Source: Hyphomicrobiales bacterium (GTDB taxonomy: Bacteria; Pseudomonadota; Alphaproteobacteria; Rhizobiales; Methyloligellaceae). From it: DNA of 32,000 nt. Position 1 is the stretch's first letter. Each line of letters begins with the position of its first letter. Where the stretch lies: the NCBI GenBank assembly GCA_028280515.1, contig JANQLP010000162.1, positions 58,092 through 90,091 of the forward strand, read 5' to 3'. Of the stretch, positions 18,999 to 29,587 are shown one piece after another. The position numbers were made by a program, and so were the translations under genes. The notes under the pieces are model-generated. The model saw only the letters and a program-made list of their open reading frames with translations. It was not told where the DNA came from and ran no database searches.

Positions 18999-19697
18999 TC
19001 AGCCCGGCTGGCGGGCGCGCTGACCGAATAGCACGGATTTGGCGTCCTTGTCCTTGCGCAAATCCCATTTGGCGCGCTCATCCTTGCCGACTTCCACGGC
19101 GCGCGCCACGGCGGGACGGTCGTGAATGCGGACATACCAGGCCTCCAGATAAGGAAACTCCTTGAGGTCCTGGCCCTGACGCTTATAGGGGCGGACCCAC
19201 GGGTAGGCCGCCATGTCGGCGATCGAGTATTCGCCCGCGAGATAGTCATTGTCCCTGAGCTGAATGTTCATGACCCCGTAGAGCCGGTTCACCTCGTCCG
19301 TATAGCGGTTGATGGAATACTCGTGCGCATCGTCCGCATACTGGCGGAAGTGGTGAGCCTGACCGGCCATCGGACCGAGACCGCCCATCTGCCAGAACAA
19401 CCACTGGTCGACGTTGGCGCGCGCGCGCTCATCCTGAGGATAGAACTGGCCCGTCTTGCGTCCGAGATACTGAAGGATCGCGCCGGACTCGAAGATCGAA
19501 AGCGGTTCACCGCCGGGCCCGTCGTGATCGACGATTGCCGGCATCCGGTTGTTCGGAGCGATCTTCAGAAACGCTTCGTCAAACTGATCGCCGCGCCCGA
19601 TATTGATGTATTTGACGTCGTAGGGAAGGCCCGTTTCCTCCAGAAAGATAGTGATTTTGAAGCCGTTCGGAGTCGGCCAGAAATACAGGTCAATCAT
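18999..19697 (-). CDS. Glutathione S-transferase family protein (YfcG/YghU-like)
   Basis: YFWPTPNGFKITIFLEETGLPYDVKYINIGRGDQFDEAFLKIAPNNRMPAIVD, SIFESGAILQYLGRKTGQF. Confidence 0.88.
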   Translation of the reverse strand: MIDLYFWPTPNGFKITIFLEETGLPYDVKYINIGRGDQFDEAFLKIAPNNRMPAIVDHDGPGGEPLSIFESGAILQYLGRKTGQFYPQDERARANVDQWLFWQMGGLGPMAGQAHHFRQYADDAHEYSINRYTDEVNRLYGVMNIQLRDNDYLAGEYSIADMAAYPWVRPYKRQGQDLKEFPYLEAWYVRIHDRPAVARAVEVGKDERAKWDLRKDKDAKSVLFGQRARQPG

Positions 19698-19766
19698 TTG
19701 CTTAAACCCTAAAGTTTGGAAGACTGTTCAAGGCAGCCGGCGCCGCCACCGGACACGTTCAAGAGC

Positions 19767-20741
19767 TTACGGCAGCAGCACTGTCGAGCCGGTTGTCTTG
19801 CGGCCCTCCAGATCGATGTGCGCCTGCGTCGCCTCGGCCAGTGGATAGGTCTGGTTGATCTCGATCTTGACGTCGCCCGAACTCACCACGTCAAACAAGG
19901 CGCCCGAGAGTTCTTCCAGGTCGGCACGGTCCGCGATGTGGGTGAAGAGCGTCGGGCGGGTCGCATAGAGCGATCCCTTCTGCGCCAGCAGGCCCATGTT
20001 GATATCGGGCAGCGGTCCGGACGCCTGACCGAACGTGGCCCACAGGCCGAACTTCTTGAGGCAATCGAGGGATGCGGGAAACGTGTCCTTGCCGATGGAG
20101 TCGTAGACCACATCGCAGCCCTTGCCGTCGGTCAGTTCCTTGACGCGTTCCACGAAATCTTCGTCGCGGTAGTTGATGGTGTGCGTGCACCCAAGTGACT
20201 CTGCCAGCTCCGCCTTTTCTGCGGATCCGACCGTACCGATCATGGTGGCGCCGAGCTTCTTTGCCCATTGGCATACGATCAGGCCGACGCCGCCGGCAGC
20301 GGCATGGAACAGGAACGTCGTTTCGGGCCCCACCTTATAGGTGCGTAACAGCAAATAGGCCGCAGTCATACCCTTAAGCATCATGGCCGCACCGGTCCGG
20401 TCCTCAATCCCGTCGGGAAGCACAACCAGCCTGTCGGCGGGCACGATGCGCTCCTCAGCGTAGGACCCGATCGCGCCGCAATAGGCAACCCGATCGCCGG
20501 GCTTGACGTGGGAGACACCCTCGCCCACGGCGACAACCTCGCCCGCGCCTTCCATGCCCGGCGTGAACGGCATCGTCTCTTGCGGATAGGTTCCGGTGCG
20601 GAAATAGACATCGATGTAATTCAGCCCGACGCCTGTCTGCTTGAGCCGCGCCTCGCCGGGACCCGGGTCGCCGACCTCGACCTCCTCCCACTTCATGACC
20701 TCGGGGCCGCCGGTCTCGTGAATTTGAATCGCATGCGTCAT
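19767..20741 (-). CDS. Quinone oxidoreductase (NADPH), zinc-less MDR family
   Basis: MTHAIQIHETGGPEVMKWEEVEVGDPGPGEARLKQTGVGLNYIDVYFRTG; AAAGGVGLIVCQWAKKLGATMIGTV. ORF track over-extends to 21032. Confidence 0.88.
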   Translation of the reverse strand: MTHAIQIHETGGPEVMKWEEVEVGDPGPGEARLKQTGVGLNYIDVYFRTGTYPQETMPFTPGMEGAGEVVAVGEGVSHVKPGDRVAYCGAIGSYAEERIVPADRLVVLPDGIEDRTGAAMMLKGMTAAYLLLRTYKVGPETTFLFHAAAGGVGLIVCQWAKKLGATMIGTVGSAEKAELAESLGCTHTINYRDEDFVERVKELTDGKGCDVVYDSIGKDTFPASLDCLKKFGLWATFGQASGPLPDINMGLLAQKGSLYATRPTLFTHIADRADLEELSGALFDVVSSGDVKIEINQTYPLAEATQAHIDLEGRKTTGSTVLLP

Positions 20742-20935
20742 GGTACGAACACCCTCTGTTAAACTCGATTTTCCGGCGACATTAGCAGTATTGACCGCGT
20801 CGCGCGCTAGCCCCGTTCCCGCCTCGTGCGAAAAACTGCTTCCTCGCCCATCTGCCCGGCCTCGCAAGAATTGGGTGGCCTCTCTCCCGATCAGGCAGTA
20901 CCCCTTGGCCGTCGCGTCATGATCGGGAGGGACAT

Positions 20936-21826
20936 GTGGGACTGGCGGACTGGCTCCGGATATTGCTGCTGTCGCTCCTTTGGGGCAGCTCGTTCTTCTA
21001 CATCGAGATTGCTCTGCAATCCTCCGGACCACTGACCATCGTCCTTGCGCGCGTTGCTCTCGCGGCGACAGCGCTGATGCTCTATTGCAAACTGCGCGGC
21101 ACGCCCATTGCGCTCAATCGCCGCGTTCTGGGCAGTCTGTGCGTCCTGGCTCTTCTCGGGAGCGTTCTGCCCTTTTCGCTCATCACGGCCGGTCAAACCC
21201 AAATCGAGAGCGGCCTGACCGCCATTCTGATCGCGGCGACCCCGTTCTTTACCGTTCTGCTCGGACACGTGTGGTCCCGCATGGAGCCCGCGACGCTTCC
21301 GAAGATCGCCGGCATACTCATCGGAATGGCGGGCGTCGCAGTGCTCATGGGAGTCGATGTCGGACAGGGACTTTCGGGAAGTCTCATCGGGCAATTGGCA
21401 GTTCTCACCGCCGCGTTCGTTTATGCGTCCTCGGCCCTCTACGCCCGCCGTTTCCGGGAGATGCCTCCGTCGCTCCTGTCTGCGTGGATGCTGACGTTTT
21501 CGACGCTGATCCTGGCGCCCGTTGCTTTCCTGATGGAGCGCCCGTTCGAGACGTTCCCTGAGCCGTCAGGGCTTGCCGCAATTGCCGCCCTCGCCCTTCT
21601 CTCGACGGCATTCGCCTACCTGCTCTATTTCCGCGTCCTCGCCAGCGCAGGCGCGACGAACGCGATGCTCGTTACTTTCGTGCAACCGCTGGTGGCTGTC
21701 CTGCTCGGCGTACTGTTCCTGCATGAGCGTTTCGAGGTGCATCACCTTGCCGGGATGATGCTGATCTTCATCGGCCTGGCGCTGGTGGATGGCCGTGTTG
21801 TTCGTTATGTCGCTAGGCGCGCGTGA
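20936..21826 (+). CDS. EamA/DMT-family transporter
   Basis: About 10 hydrophobic segments; LLSLLWGSSFFYIEIAL, LTAILIAATPFFTVLL, FLHERFEVHHLAGMMLIFIGLAL. Confidence 0.88.
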   Translation: MGLADWLRILLLSLLWGSSFFYIEIALQSSGPLTIVLARVALAATALMLYCKLRGTPIALNRRVLGSLCVLALLGSVLPFSLITAGQTQIESGLTAILIAATPFFTVLLGHVWSRMEPATLPKIAGILIGMAGVAVLMGVDVGQGLSGSLIGQLAVLTAAFVYASSALYARRFREMPPSLLSAWMLTFSTLILAPVAFLMERPFETFPEPSGLAAIAALALLSTAFAYLLYFRVLASAGATNAMLVTFVQPLVAVLLGVLFLHERFEVHHLAGMMLIFIGLALVDGRVVRYVARRA

Positions 21827-21833
21827 GCGCTGA

Positions 21834-23315
21834 TCAACCCTCACCGACGTCCAGTTTCTCCCGGAGCAGCTGATTGACCATTTGCGGATTGGCCTTGCCG
21901 CCGGTCTTCTGCATGACCTGACCAACGAACCAGCCGAGCGTCTGCGGCTTGGATTTGACCTGCTCGACCTGTTTCGGGTTGGCGGCGATCACTTCATCCA
22001 CCACCTTCTCGATCTCTCCCGTGTCGGTGACCTGCTTGAGGCCGCGTTCCTCGACGAGCTTCGCCGGATCATCTCCCGTCTCCCATACGAGGTCGTACAG
22101 ATCCTTGGCGATCTTGCCTGAGATGGTCCCGTCGGCCGTCATTTTCAGGATCGAGGTGTTGGCCTCGGCCGACACGGGCGCATCTTCGAAGTCGATGCCT
22201 TCCTTGTTGACCCGGCCAAGATGCTGGTTGAGCACCCAGTTCACGGCCGCGCCCGGATCGGCACCCAATCCCACCATCTTCTCGAAATAGTCGGCCCGCT
22301 CCTTCTCCGCGACCAGAACCTCCGCATCGTAATGCTGCAGGCTCCACTCCTTCATGAACCGTGCCTTCTTCTGATCGGGCAGTTCCGGCAGGTGTCCCGC
22401 CAGATCGTCGACATAGGCTTGCGTGAACTCCAGCGGCAACAAGTCGGGATCGGGGAAATAGCGATAGTCGTGCGCCTCTTCCTTGGTGCGCATGGAACGG
22501 GTTTCGCCGGTCCTGGGATCGAACAGGCGCGTCTCCTGCTCGATTTCGCCGCCATCCTCGATAATCTCGATCTGACGGCGGGCTTCATATTCGATGGCCT
22601 GGCCGATGAAGCGGATGGAGTTGACGTTCTTGATCTCGCAGCGTGTGCCAAGGTCCGCCCCCGGACGCCGCACGGAGACGTTCACATCCGCCCTGAGCGA
22701 CCCCTCTTCCATGTTCCCGTCGCACGTTCCGAGGTAGCGTAGGATCGAGCGCAACTTGGAAACGTAAGCCTGCGCCTGGGCCGAGGATCGGATGTCCGGC
22801 TTGGACACGATTTCCATCAAAGCGACGCCGGAGCGGTTGAGATCGACGTAGGACGATTTCGGGTCCTGATCGTGCAGGCTCTTGCCGGCATCCTGCTCGA
22901 GGTGAAGACGCTCGATGCCGACACGGACTTCCTCGTCGTCCTCCATGTCGAGCAAGACCTCGCCCTCGCCGACGATGGGCTGGGTGAACTGGGAGATCTG
23001 ATAGCCCTGCGGCAGGTCGGGATAGAAATAGTTCTTGCGGTCGAACACCGAGCGCAGATTGATCCTGGCATTGAGGCCGAGGCCGGTACGGACCGCCTGC
23101 GCGACACACTCTTCGTTGATCACCGGCAACATGCCCGGCATGGCGGCATCCACGAGGCTGACATGGGCATTCGGTTCGCCGCCGAACTCGGTCGAAGCCC
23201 CGGAAAAAAGCTTGGCTTGTGAGGTGACCTGCGCATGGACCTCCATGCCGATGACCATCTCCCAGTCGCCGGTCGACGAGTTGATCAGGTGCGTCGGGCT
23301 GTTGTCATTTGCCAT
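21834..23315 (-). CDS. gatB: Asp-tRNA(Asn)/Glu-tRNA(Gln) amidotransferase subunit B
   Basis: [56 protein letters not shown]; C-terminal [32 protein letters not shown]. Confidence 0.96.
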   Translation of the reverse strand: MANDNSPTHLINSSTGDWEMVIGMEVHAQVTSQAKLFSGASTEFGGEPNAHVSLVDAAMPGMLPVINEECVAQAVRTGLGLNARINLRSVFDRKNYFYPDLPQGYQISQFTQPIVGEGEVLLDMEDDEEVRVGIERLHLEQDAGKSLHDQDPKSSYVDLNRSGVALMEIVSKPDIRSSAQAQAYVSKLRSILRYLGTCDGNMEEGSLRADVNVSVRRPGADLGTRCEIKNVNSIRFIGQAIEYEARRQIEIIEDGGEIEQETRLFDPRTGETRSMRTKEEAHDYRYFPDPDLLPLEFTQAYVDDLAGHLPELPDQKKARFMKEWSLQHYDAEVLVAEKERADYFEKMVGLGADPGAAVNWVLNQHLGRVNKEGIDFEDAPVSAEANTSILKMTADGTISGKIAKDLYDLVWETGDDPAKLVEERGLKQVTDTGEIEKVVDEVIAANPKQVEQVKSKPQTLGWFVGQVMQKTGGKANPQMVNQLLREKLDVGEG

Positions 23316-23583
23316 CTAACGCCTCACGCAGTTTCTCTTCCTCATACTGGATGAACCAGCCGATCATCTGCCGCCAAAGCGCCTCGGCGAGCTCCGGCGG
23401 CAGATCCTTTTCCTCCGCCTGCGCCCGCACCTTGTCGACGACCTGCTGGATGCGCCAGGGTACGACCGCGTCTTCCGGATTTTTCTTCAGTTGCCAGGCC
23501 CGGTCGACATATCCGAAACGCTCCGCGATCAGCTCGACAAGTACCCGATCGAGCCGGTCGATCTCGACGCGAACATGATCCAT
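23305..23583 (-). CDS. Chorismate mutase type II (AroQ)-like small protein
   Basis: [34 protein letters not shown] helix pattern; slightly overlaps the gatB start. ORF open to 23616. Confidence 0.7.
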   Translation of the reverse strand: MDHVRVEIDRLDRVLVELIAERFGYVDRAWQLKKNPEDAVVPWRIQQVVDKVRAQAEEKDLPPELAEALWRQMIGWFIQYEEEKLREALDGK

Positions 23584-23631
23584 GCTTTCACACTCTTCCG
23601 GTTTGCGCGGTGCCATAGTGCCGTTTCCTAT

Positions 23632-24078
23632 CTAATCCGTTGCCGCCCAGGCATTCTGCCAGTTTTCGTCACCCTCGACGATCAGGGCGTCCGCCTCGAT
23701 CTCGATCATCCAGTCGGGATCGAGCAATCCCGACACTTCAACCATTGTGGCCGCCGGGCGGATGTCGCCAAAGACTTCGCCATGCGCGCGGCCGACCTGC
23801 TCCCAGAGCGAGGCGTCGGTCAGAAACATGCGCGTGCGCACGACATGTCTGAGGTCGGCGCCCGCTTCATGCAATGCCTCGCCAATGACCTCCAGACATC
23901 GCCGCGTCTGCGCCGCCGCATCGCCGACGCCAACCGTCTTGCCGTCCGGCCCGATGGGCGCGGACCCGCTCACGAACACCATGTTCCCGACACGCACCGC
24001 GCGCGAAAAACCGATCGGCTTCTCATAGGGGCTTCCCGAGGAGACCAGTTGCCGGTTTTCGCTCATGACGTGCTCCAC
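23632..24078 (-). CDS. RidA/YjgF/YER057c/UK114 family protein
   Basis: [77 protein letters not shown]. Confidence 0.85.
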   Translation of the reverse strand: MEHVMSENRQLVSSGSPYEKPIGFSRAVRVGNMVFVSGSAPIGPDGKTVGVGDAAAQTRRCLEVIGEALHEAGADLRHVVRTRMFLTDASLWEQVGRAHGEVFGDIRPAATMVEVSGLLDPDWMIEIEADALIVEGDENWQNAWAATD

Positions 24079-25547
24079 CAGTTTTCGGGCTCGGGCAGTT
24101 TTCCGGCAGCCTGCTCGATCACGTGTCCCACGCGGAACAGCATCTCTTCATCGAATGCCCTGGAGATGAGCTGAAGCCCGAGCGGCGTGCCCTCGCCGGA
24201 CAGCCCTCCGGGGATCGAGATCCCCGGCAAGCCGGACATGTTGGCGGGCACCGTGAAAATGTCGTTCAGATACATCTCGATCGGGTCACCGGACTTCTCG
24301 CCAAGCGCAAAGGCCGGCCCTGGTGTCGCCGGGGTGAGGAGCACGTCGACATCTTCGAAGACCTGCTCGAAGTCCCGCTTGATGAGCGTACGCACCCGCT
24401 GCGCTTTGAGATAGTAGGCGTCATAGTACCCGGCGGACAGCACGTAGGTGCCGATCAGCACACGCCGCTTGACCTCCGCGCCGAACCCGGCGGCGCGCGT
24501 CTTTTCGTACATGTCGACGATATCGTCGCCCTCGATCCGCAAGCCATACCGCACGCCGTCATAACGCGCGAGGTTCGACGAGGCCTCCGCCGGTGCGACG
24601 ATGTAATAGGCGGGCAGCGCATACTTCGTGTGCGGCAGGCTGACGTCGGAAATCTCCGCCCCGGCATCCTTGAGCCAGTCGATGCCCGTTTGCCACAGAG
24701 CTTCGATCTCCGCCGGCATGCCCTCCATGCTGTACTCCCTGGGGATGCCGACCTTCAGGCCTTTGATGCTCTCACCGACCGCCGCCTCGTAGTCGGGTAC
24801 GGGCATGTTGACGCTGGTCGTGTCCTTTTCGTCGTAACCGGCCATGGCGCCGAGCATGATCGCGGAGTCCCGCACCGTCCGCGTGATCGGGCCGGCTTGG
24901 TCAAGCGATGAGGCGAACGCGACAATGCCCCAGCGCGAACAGCGCCCGTAGGTCGGTTTCAGGCCCACGGTGCCCGTCAGCGAAGCCGGTTGGCGGATCG
25001 AACCGCCGGTATCCGTCGCCGTGGCACCCTGGGCCAGACAGGCCGCGACCGCGCTCGCCGACCCGCCGGACGATCCGCCCGGAACGAGCTTCGCATCGCT
25101 TCCCGAACGCCGCCATGGATTGATGACGGGTTCGTAGTAGCTCGTTTCGTTGGAAGACCCCATGGCGAACTCGTCGCAGTTGAGCTTGCCGAGCATCACC
25201 GCGCCAGCGTTCCAGAGGTTCCGCGTGACAGTCGATTCATAGCCCGGCTCGAACCCGTCGAGGATGTGCGAACAGGCCGTGGTCCGCACACCCTTCGTGC
25301 AGAACAGGTCCTTGATGCCGAGCGGAATTCCCTCCAACGGTCCCGCCTCGCCTTTTGCCAGCCGCTCGTCGCTCGCCCGCGCCATCTCAAGCGCATGATC
25401 CGGCGTCGGCAGAATGAACGCGTTCAGCGCCGCGTTGCCGCCGTCAATGGCCTGAATGTGCGCCTGCGTCAGCTCCTCGGCCGACAGCTCCCTGGCTGCC
25501 AATGCGTCGCGTGTTTCGGCTATGGAGAGACGCGTGGGATCGCTCAC
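24063..25547 (-). CDS. gatA: Asp-tRNA(Asn)/Glu-tRNA(Gln) amidotransferase subunit A
   Basis: Amidase signature [51 protein letters not shown]. Confidence 0.96.
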   Translation of the reverse strand: MSDPTRLSIAETRDALAARELSAEELTQAHIQAIDGGNAALNAFILPTPDHALEMARASDERLAKGEAGPLEGIPLGIKDLFCTKGVRTTACSHILDGFEPGYESTVTRNLWNAGAVMLGKLNCDEFAMGSSNETSYYEPVINPWRRSGSDAKLVPGGSSGGSASAVAACLAQGATATDTGGSIRQPASLTGTVGLKPTYGRCSRWGIVAFASSLDQAGPITRTVRDSAIMLGAMAGYDEKDTTSVNMPVPDYEAAVGESIKGLKVGIPREYSMEGMPAEIEALWQTGIDWLKDAGAEISDVSLPHTKYALPAYYIVAPAEASSNLARYDGVRYGLRIEGDDIVDMYEKTRAAGFGAEVKRRVLIGTYVLSAGYYDAYYLKAQRVRTLIKRDFEQVFEDVDVLLTPATPGPAFALGEKSGDPIEMYLNDIFTVPANMSGLPGISIPGGLSGEGTPLGLQLISRAFDEEMLFRVGHVIEQAAGKLPEPENWWSTS

Positions 25548-25551
25548 CGGC

Positions 25552-25839
25552 TCACTCCACGACCTTGGGTACGACGAAGAACGTGCCCGCGTGTTGCGGG
25601 GCGTTTCGAACGATTTCTTCCGGATACCCGCCGTCCGTCACCTTGTCCGTACGCATGTGCATTTCCATCTCGGTGACGCACGTCATCGGCTCGACACCGT
25701 CGGTCTCCACCTCGTCCAGCTGTTCGACCCAGTCGAGGATACCGGTGAGTTCGCCCTTGAGCGTCTTCGCCTCCGCATCGTCGACCTTGATGCGTGCGAG
25801 CCGGGCGATCTTGCGCACCGTCGCGTCGTCAATTTCCAT
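25552..25839 (-). CDS. gatC: Asp-tRNA(Asn)/Glu-tRNA(Gln) amidotransferase subunit C
   Basis: [53 protein letters not shown]-terminal [18 protein letters not shown]. Confidence 0.95.
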   Translation of the reverse strand: MEIDDATVRKIARLARIKVDDAEAKTLKGELTGILDWVEQLDEVETDGVEPMTCVTEMEMHMRTDKVTDGGYPEEIVRNAPQHAGTFFVVPKVVE

Positions 25840-25932
25840 GAAGTCGCCTTCACTCTTGAAAGTCGATTGTTGAGGGTGCACTCATAGCTCGCGCGATATC
25901 CCTGCGCAACACAGCTGACACGGGAACCGGCA

Positions 25933-26415
25933 ATGGCCGAATTGAGCGATGCCAACAAGCGGTTCGTCGACGGCGCGAAGAGCTGCGGCATCGACGTCGA
26001 GATTCGCGTCATGGCGGACAGCACACGGACAGCCGAGGACGCGGCCCGGGCGTGCGGCTGCACCGTGGAGCGGATCGTCAAGTCGCTCGTCTTTCAAGGG
26101 GCGCGGAGCGGAAAGCCGTACCTTCTGCTCGTGTCCGGTCCCAACCGCGTGAACGAGAAAGGCGTCGCCGCCACGATCGGCGAGCCGCTCGCCAGGCCCG
26201 ATGCGGACTTCGTTCGGGAAACAACAGGGTATGCCATCGGCGGTATCCCGCCGCTGGCCCACAAGACGCCGCTCGCTACCTATATGGACGGCGACCTGCT
26301 TGCCTTCGAAACGGTCTGGGCCGCGGCCGGTACGCCGAAGGCGGTGTTCGAGGTGTCCCCCGCCACGCTTCGCGATGCAGCAGGCGCGGAGGTCATTGAC
26401 GTGACGGGCGGCTGA
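25933..26415 (+). CDS. YbaK/EbsC-family (aminoacyl-tRNA deacylase-like) protein
   Basis: TAEDAARACGCTVERIVKSLVFQG, LLVSGPNRVNEKGVAATIGEPLARPDADFVRETTGYAIGGIPPLAH. Confidence 0.85.
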   Translation: MAELSDANKRFVDGAKSCGIDVEIRVMADSTRTAEDAARACGCTVERIVKSLVFQGARSGKPYLLLVSGPNRVNEKGVAATIGEPLARPDADFVRETTGYAIGGIPPLAHKTPLATYMDGDLLAFETVWAAAGTPKAVFEVSPATLRDAAGAEVIDVTGG

Positions 26416-26438
26416 GCGCGGGGCCTTTTAGAAGCGAA

Positions 26439-26468
26439 GAGCCGCTCACCCGTGAGGGTGAACGGCTC
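26439..26468. terminator. GAGCCGCTCACCC-GTGA-GGGTGAACGGCTC hairpin (one mismatch), possible terminator
   Basis: 13-bp near-perfect inverted repeat with a 4-nt loop, just downstream of the YbaK-like gene. Confidence 0.45.
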
Positions 26469-26573
26469 GACGACTGGATGAAGTACGTCAGATTTTTTGG
26501 GGTCGGGACGGACCGTCAGACTCCGAAACAACCGGTCCGCCACGACCTCCCAATGCAATCCAAAGAGGACTGC

Positions 26574-26693
26574 TTAGTTGCCGACCAGCGACTGCATGTA
26601 CCAGAACTTGTCCGCCTTCGTGATGGCGTACGCGGCGTTGGTCATGACAAACGCGGAAACGGTCAAAGCGAGAGCTGTGAGGGTGGTCTTCAT
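26574..26693 (-). CDS. 39-aa putative secreted small protein (MKTTLTALALTVSAFVMTNAAYAITKADKFWYMQSLVGN)
   Basis: Clear signal-peptide-like sequence with AYA cleavage motif and a good Shine-Dalgarno (GAAGGAGTATATCCTATG on the minus strand). Confidence 0.6.
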   Translation of the reverse strand: MKTTLTALALTVSAFVMTNAAYAITKADKFWYMQSLVGN

Positions 26694-27130
26694 AGGATAT
26701 ACTCCTTCGTTCTTTTCATTCACGTTCACACCACCGGCTCTAGGCGGTTGGGAGGAAGCCCGCCGGCGTGCCCTATCATTTGGGGTGGGTGACCGCGGAA
26801 GGAAGGACATCTCGCGGGCGTGTCATAATTGTTGTCCGCACGGCGTGCGTGAGCGGGAAACAGCGCCTTGAAGTGACGGATTGCACACGAGCACGCCGCT
26901 TCCGCCGCCGCAGATTTTTCGCTGAAATCCAAGCTATTCGGGGTCGCCTGACGCGCGGATTACCGTCATGTAACGTTCATCACACTGATTTTTGGACCGA
27001 ACCTGAAACCGTTCGGCGCCGGCGTTCGTTCGCACCCGCACTCAACCGAAATGGACCGGCGTTTCCGGCGGCAGGCGTGACAATTACGCCCCCGCCGCTC
27101 ACCTTCACCTGTAAACAGACCGCTCCTGCC

Positions 27131-28090
27131 CTAGATCCCGTCGGGCACCGGTTCCCCGGCATCCTGGAGTTTCGCGCGCAGCCTGTCGAACAGGGCTTCC
27201 AGCTCCTTCGTGTCGTCGGCATCCATTGCCGGGCCCGGTGCACGCGCCAGCGGGCAGGAGAGCGCGCCAAGCCGCCGAAGCGACTCTTTTCTGAGCGCGA
27301 GGCCGAACCCGAACTGTTGTTCGTGCCGGATCAGGGGCAGGTAAAGATCGAACAGATCCTCTGCTTCGTCCGCCTTCCCTTCCGCGAACAGTTCGTAGAC
27401 CTTGACCAGCGAGCCGATGAACGCAAAGCCCGTCATGATGCCGTCGGCACCGCGACGCAGCTCCTGCGGCACGTACAGGCCCCCATTACCCGTGAGGATC
27501 GAGACACGGCGCACGCCCTCCGTGTCTGGGGCATTGCGAAGGGCAGTCAGCTTGCGGTGGCCGGGGCAATCCTCGTGCTTGAACATCTTGATGCGCGGAT
27601 GATCGGTGATCAGCCTGTTGATCACCGCATTGGAGAAATAGACGGTCGTGGTGGGCGGGTAGTCCTGCAGACAGACGGGCGTCGCGTCGTCGAGTTTGGA
27701 CATCACCTTGTCGAAATAGCCCAGCACCTGCTCATCGGTTTTCAGGCCGCCGATACCGGCAACCATCACGCCGGCGGCGCCCGCATCCATCGACGCCTTG
27801 GACAACGCCGCCAGATTGTCGATGCCGGGATTGGAGACCCCAACGATCACCGGAACGCGCCCGCCGACCCGTTTGATGTAGCGCTGCATAAGCTCGGTCT
27901 GCTCGGAGTCCGTCAACTTCGGCGCCTCGCCCATCACGCCGAGGACCGTCATTCCGTGTACACCCTGGTCGATATAGAAGTCCGTCAGACTGTCGACGCT
28001 GTCGAAATCCACCTCACCGGACTCGGTGAACGGCGTCGCCGCGATGACGTAAACGCCCTTGGCCGATTCATCGAGAAGTTTGCCTGTCAT
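27131..28090 (-). CDS. Dihydrodipicolinate synthase (DapA)-family aldolase/lyase
   Basis: GVYVIAATPFTESGEVDFDSVDSLTDFYIDQGVHGMTVLGVMGEAPKLTDSEQTELMQRYIKRV, VPVIVGVSNPG. May not be the biosynthetic DapA. Confidence 0.85.
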   Translation of the reverse strand: MTGKLLDESAKGVYVIAATPFTESGEVDFDSVDSLTDFYIDQGVHGMTVLGVMGEAPKLTDSEQTELMQRYIKRVGGRVPVIVGVSNPGIDNLAALSKASMDAGAAGVMVAGIGGLKTDEQVLGYFDKVMSKLDDATPVCLQDYPPTTTVYFSNAVINRLITDHPRIKMFKHEDCPGHRKLTALRNAPDTEGVRRVSILTGNGGLYVPQELRRGADGIMTGFAFIGSLVKVYELFAEGKADEAEDLFDLYLPLIRHEQQFGFGLALRKESLRRLGALSCPLARAPGPAMDADDTKELEALFDRLRAKLQDAGEPVPDGI

Positions 28091-28486
28091 GCTCCCGTTT
28101 CACTCCCTGCTTTGAAGTTGTTTTTGCTTTCAACCCGTCCGCCACGCCCGGGGGGCCTGTGACTTGCTTCTGATCTATCACAGGTGCGGACAGATACAGC
28201 ACGTTCAGAATGGACGGCAATTCCCACATTTGCTCGGCTCGGAACGCACCGCGCAATTCCGCCAATTCTCCAGGTGTGGTTTGAAAGACCTGCTGACATG
28301 TCCGTTTTCGGACGCGGAACAGCCGCAAATCAATTTGGCATCACATTAACCATCATGACCCAGGGGACAGTTCTTTTCCAAATTGTTCGAATTAAGATAT
28401 TCGAGAAGAATAACGACTTGGATGCATATAAAATATATACTATGATACACCTTAATCTGTTCTTTTTTTGATGTTGGACTATTGAA

Positions 28487-29311
28487 ATGGCAAAAGCATT
28501 TTCAATATTGGTTTGGAATGTTGAACATTTCGGAGCCACAGACAAAAAGAAGAAAAAACCAAAGAAAAAAATCAAGCCGATCATAAAGAAAATTGCTGCT
28601 TCTAAAGCCGATATAGTCGCTATTATTGAAGTTCGAAGCAGCTTGGTTGCCGCAGAATTGATGAAGGAATTGCCTGATCACTTCTTTTTCATAACTGAAG
28701 GCGAGCAGATGCAGGAAATCCTGGTTGGAATTCGAAAATCCCTGCCCGCTTTCATCACCCAGAAGAACGAATTCCAGGCGGGCCAAACCACTCTTCGTCC
28801 TGGTTTATTGGTAACGCCGATGGTTGACGGTGAAGCCTATCCCCTACTTTTTCTCCACGTGAAATCAATGCCCGACCCGAGAGGGTTTGGCATACGCAAT
28901 TACATGACCAAAAAGGCGTTTGATTTCAGAAACGTTCTTAAGGATGCAATAGACGGCGAAACCCCAAACTACATCTTTCTTGGCGACCTCAACACGATGG
29001 GAATGAACTATTTCGGTTCGGACAAGGATATAAGCGGCGGGCGAGAGATAAAGGAACTGGCTGCAGCCGCCAAAAGACGCAACATGCGTTTGCTAAGCAA
29101 AGATCACTCAGCGACATATTGGAGCGAGGAATATGGGGAGAGTGATTTGGACCATGTCGTGGCCATGGATCATTTAAAATTCAAGACATTTGGCGGTAAA
29201 GAGGTTCGCGTTTCCGGCTGGAACAACAAAAATACCGATGCCGGGCGAAAGGAATGGGTCAAAAAATATTCCGACCATGCGATGCTTTATTTGGAAGTGC
29301 AAAAGGTCTGA
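28487..29311 (+). CDS. Endonuclease/exonuclease/phosphatase (EEP) family protein
   Basis: ILVWNVEHFG, IIEVRS, YIFLGDLNTMGMNY, SDLDHVVAMDHLKF, YSDHAMLYLE match EEP catalytic motifs (N, E, DxN, DH). Confidence 0.78.
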   Translation: MAKAFSILVWNVEHFGATDKKKKKPKKKIKPIIKKIAASKADIVAIIEVRSSLVAAELMKELPDHFFFITEGEQMQEILVGIRKSLPAFITQKNEFQAGQTTLRPGLLVTPMVDGEAYPLLFLHVKSMPDPRGFGIRNYMTKKAFDFRNVLKDAIDGETPNYIFLGDLNTMGMNYFGSDKDISGGREIKELAAAAKRRNMRLLSKDHSATYWSEEYGESDLDHVVAMDHLKFKTFGGKEVRVSGWNNKNTDAGRKEWVKKYSDHAMLYLEVQKV

Positions 29312-29587
29312 ACTCTGCCACCACTCGCCTCCGCACCTGTCCGCTCATAGACGAGTAGCCGCCATCCTTGTTGTGCCTCTCTATGTCATATCCCCGCGCG
29401 ATGTCTTCCGCTGCCCGTCCGCGTCAGATCTGGGGTCGTCGAGCGAGGCTTCGAAGGCACCGTAAGGCCTGGTCCCCCCGCTTCGTGTGATTGGCCCTAA
29501 ATGAATCCGGAAAATGGAACTATTCAAGGTGCCAAATTAGCGACTACCGTTGCGCCATATGTCGCCAGAAGCCGTCACGGAGCGAAT

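Noticed and set aside
26768-28162. 464-aa plus-strand ORF
   Set aside because: It lies antisense to the well-supported DapA-family gene and has a low-complexity Arg/His-rich composition typical of shadow ORFs.
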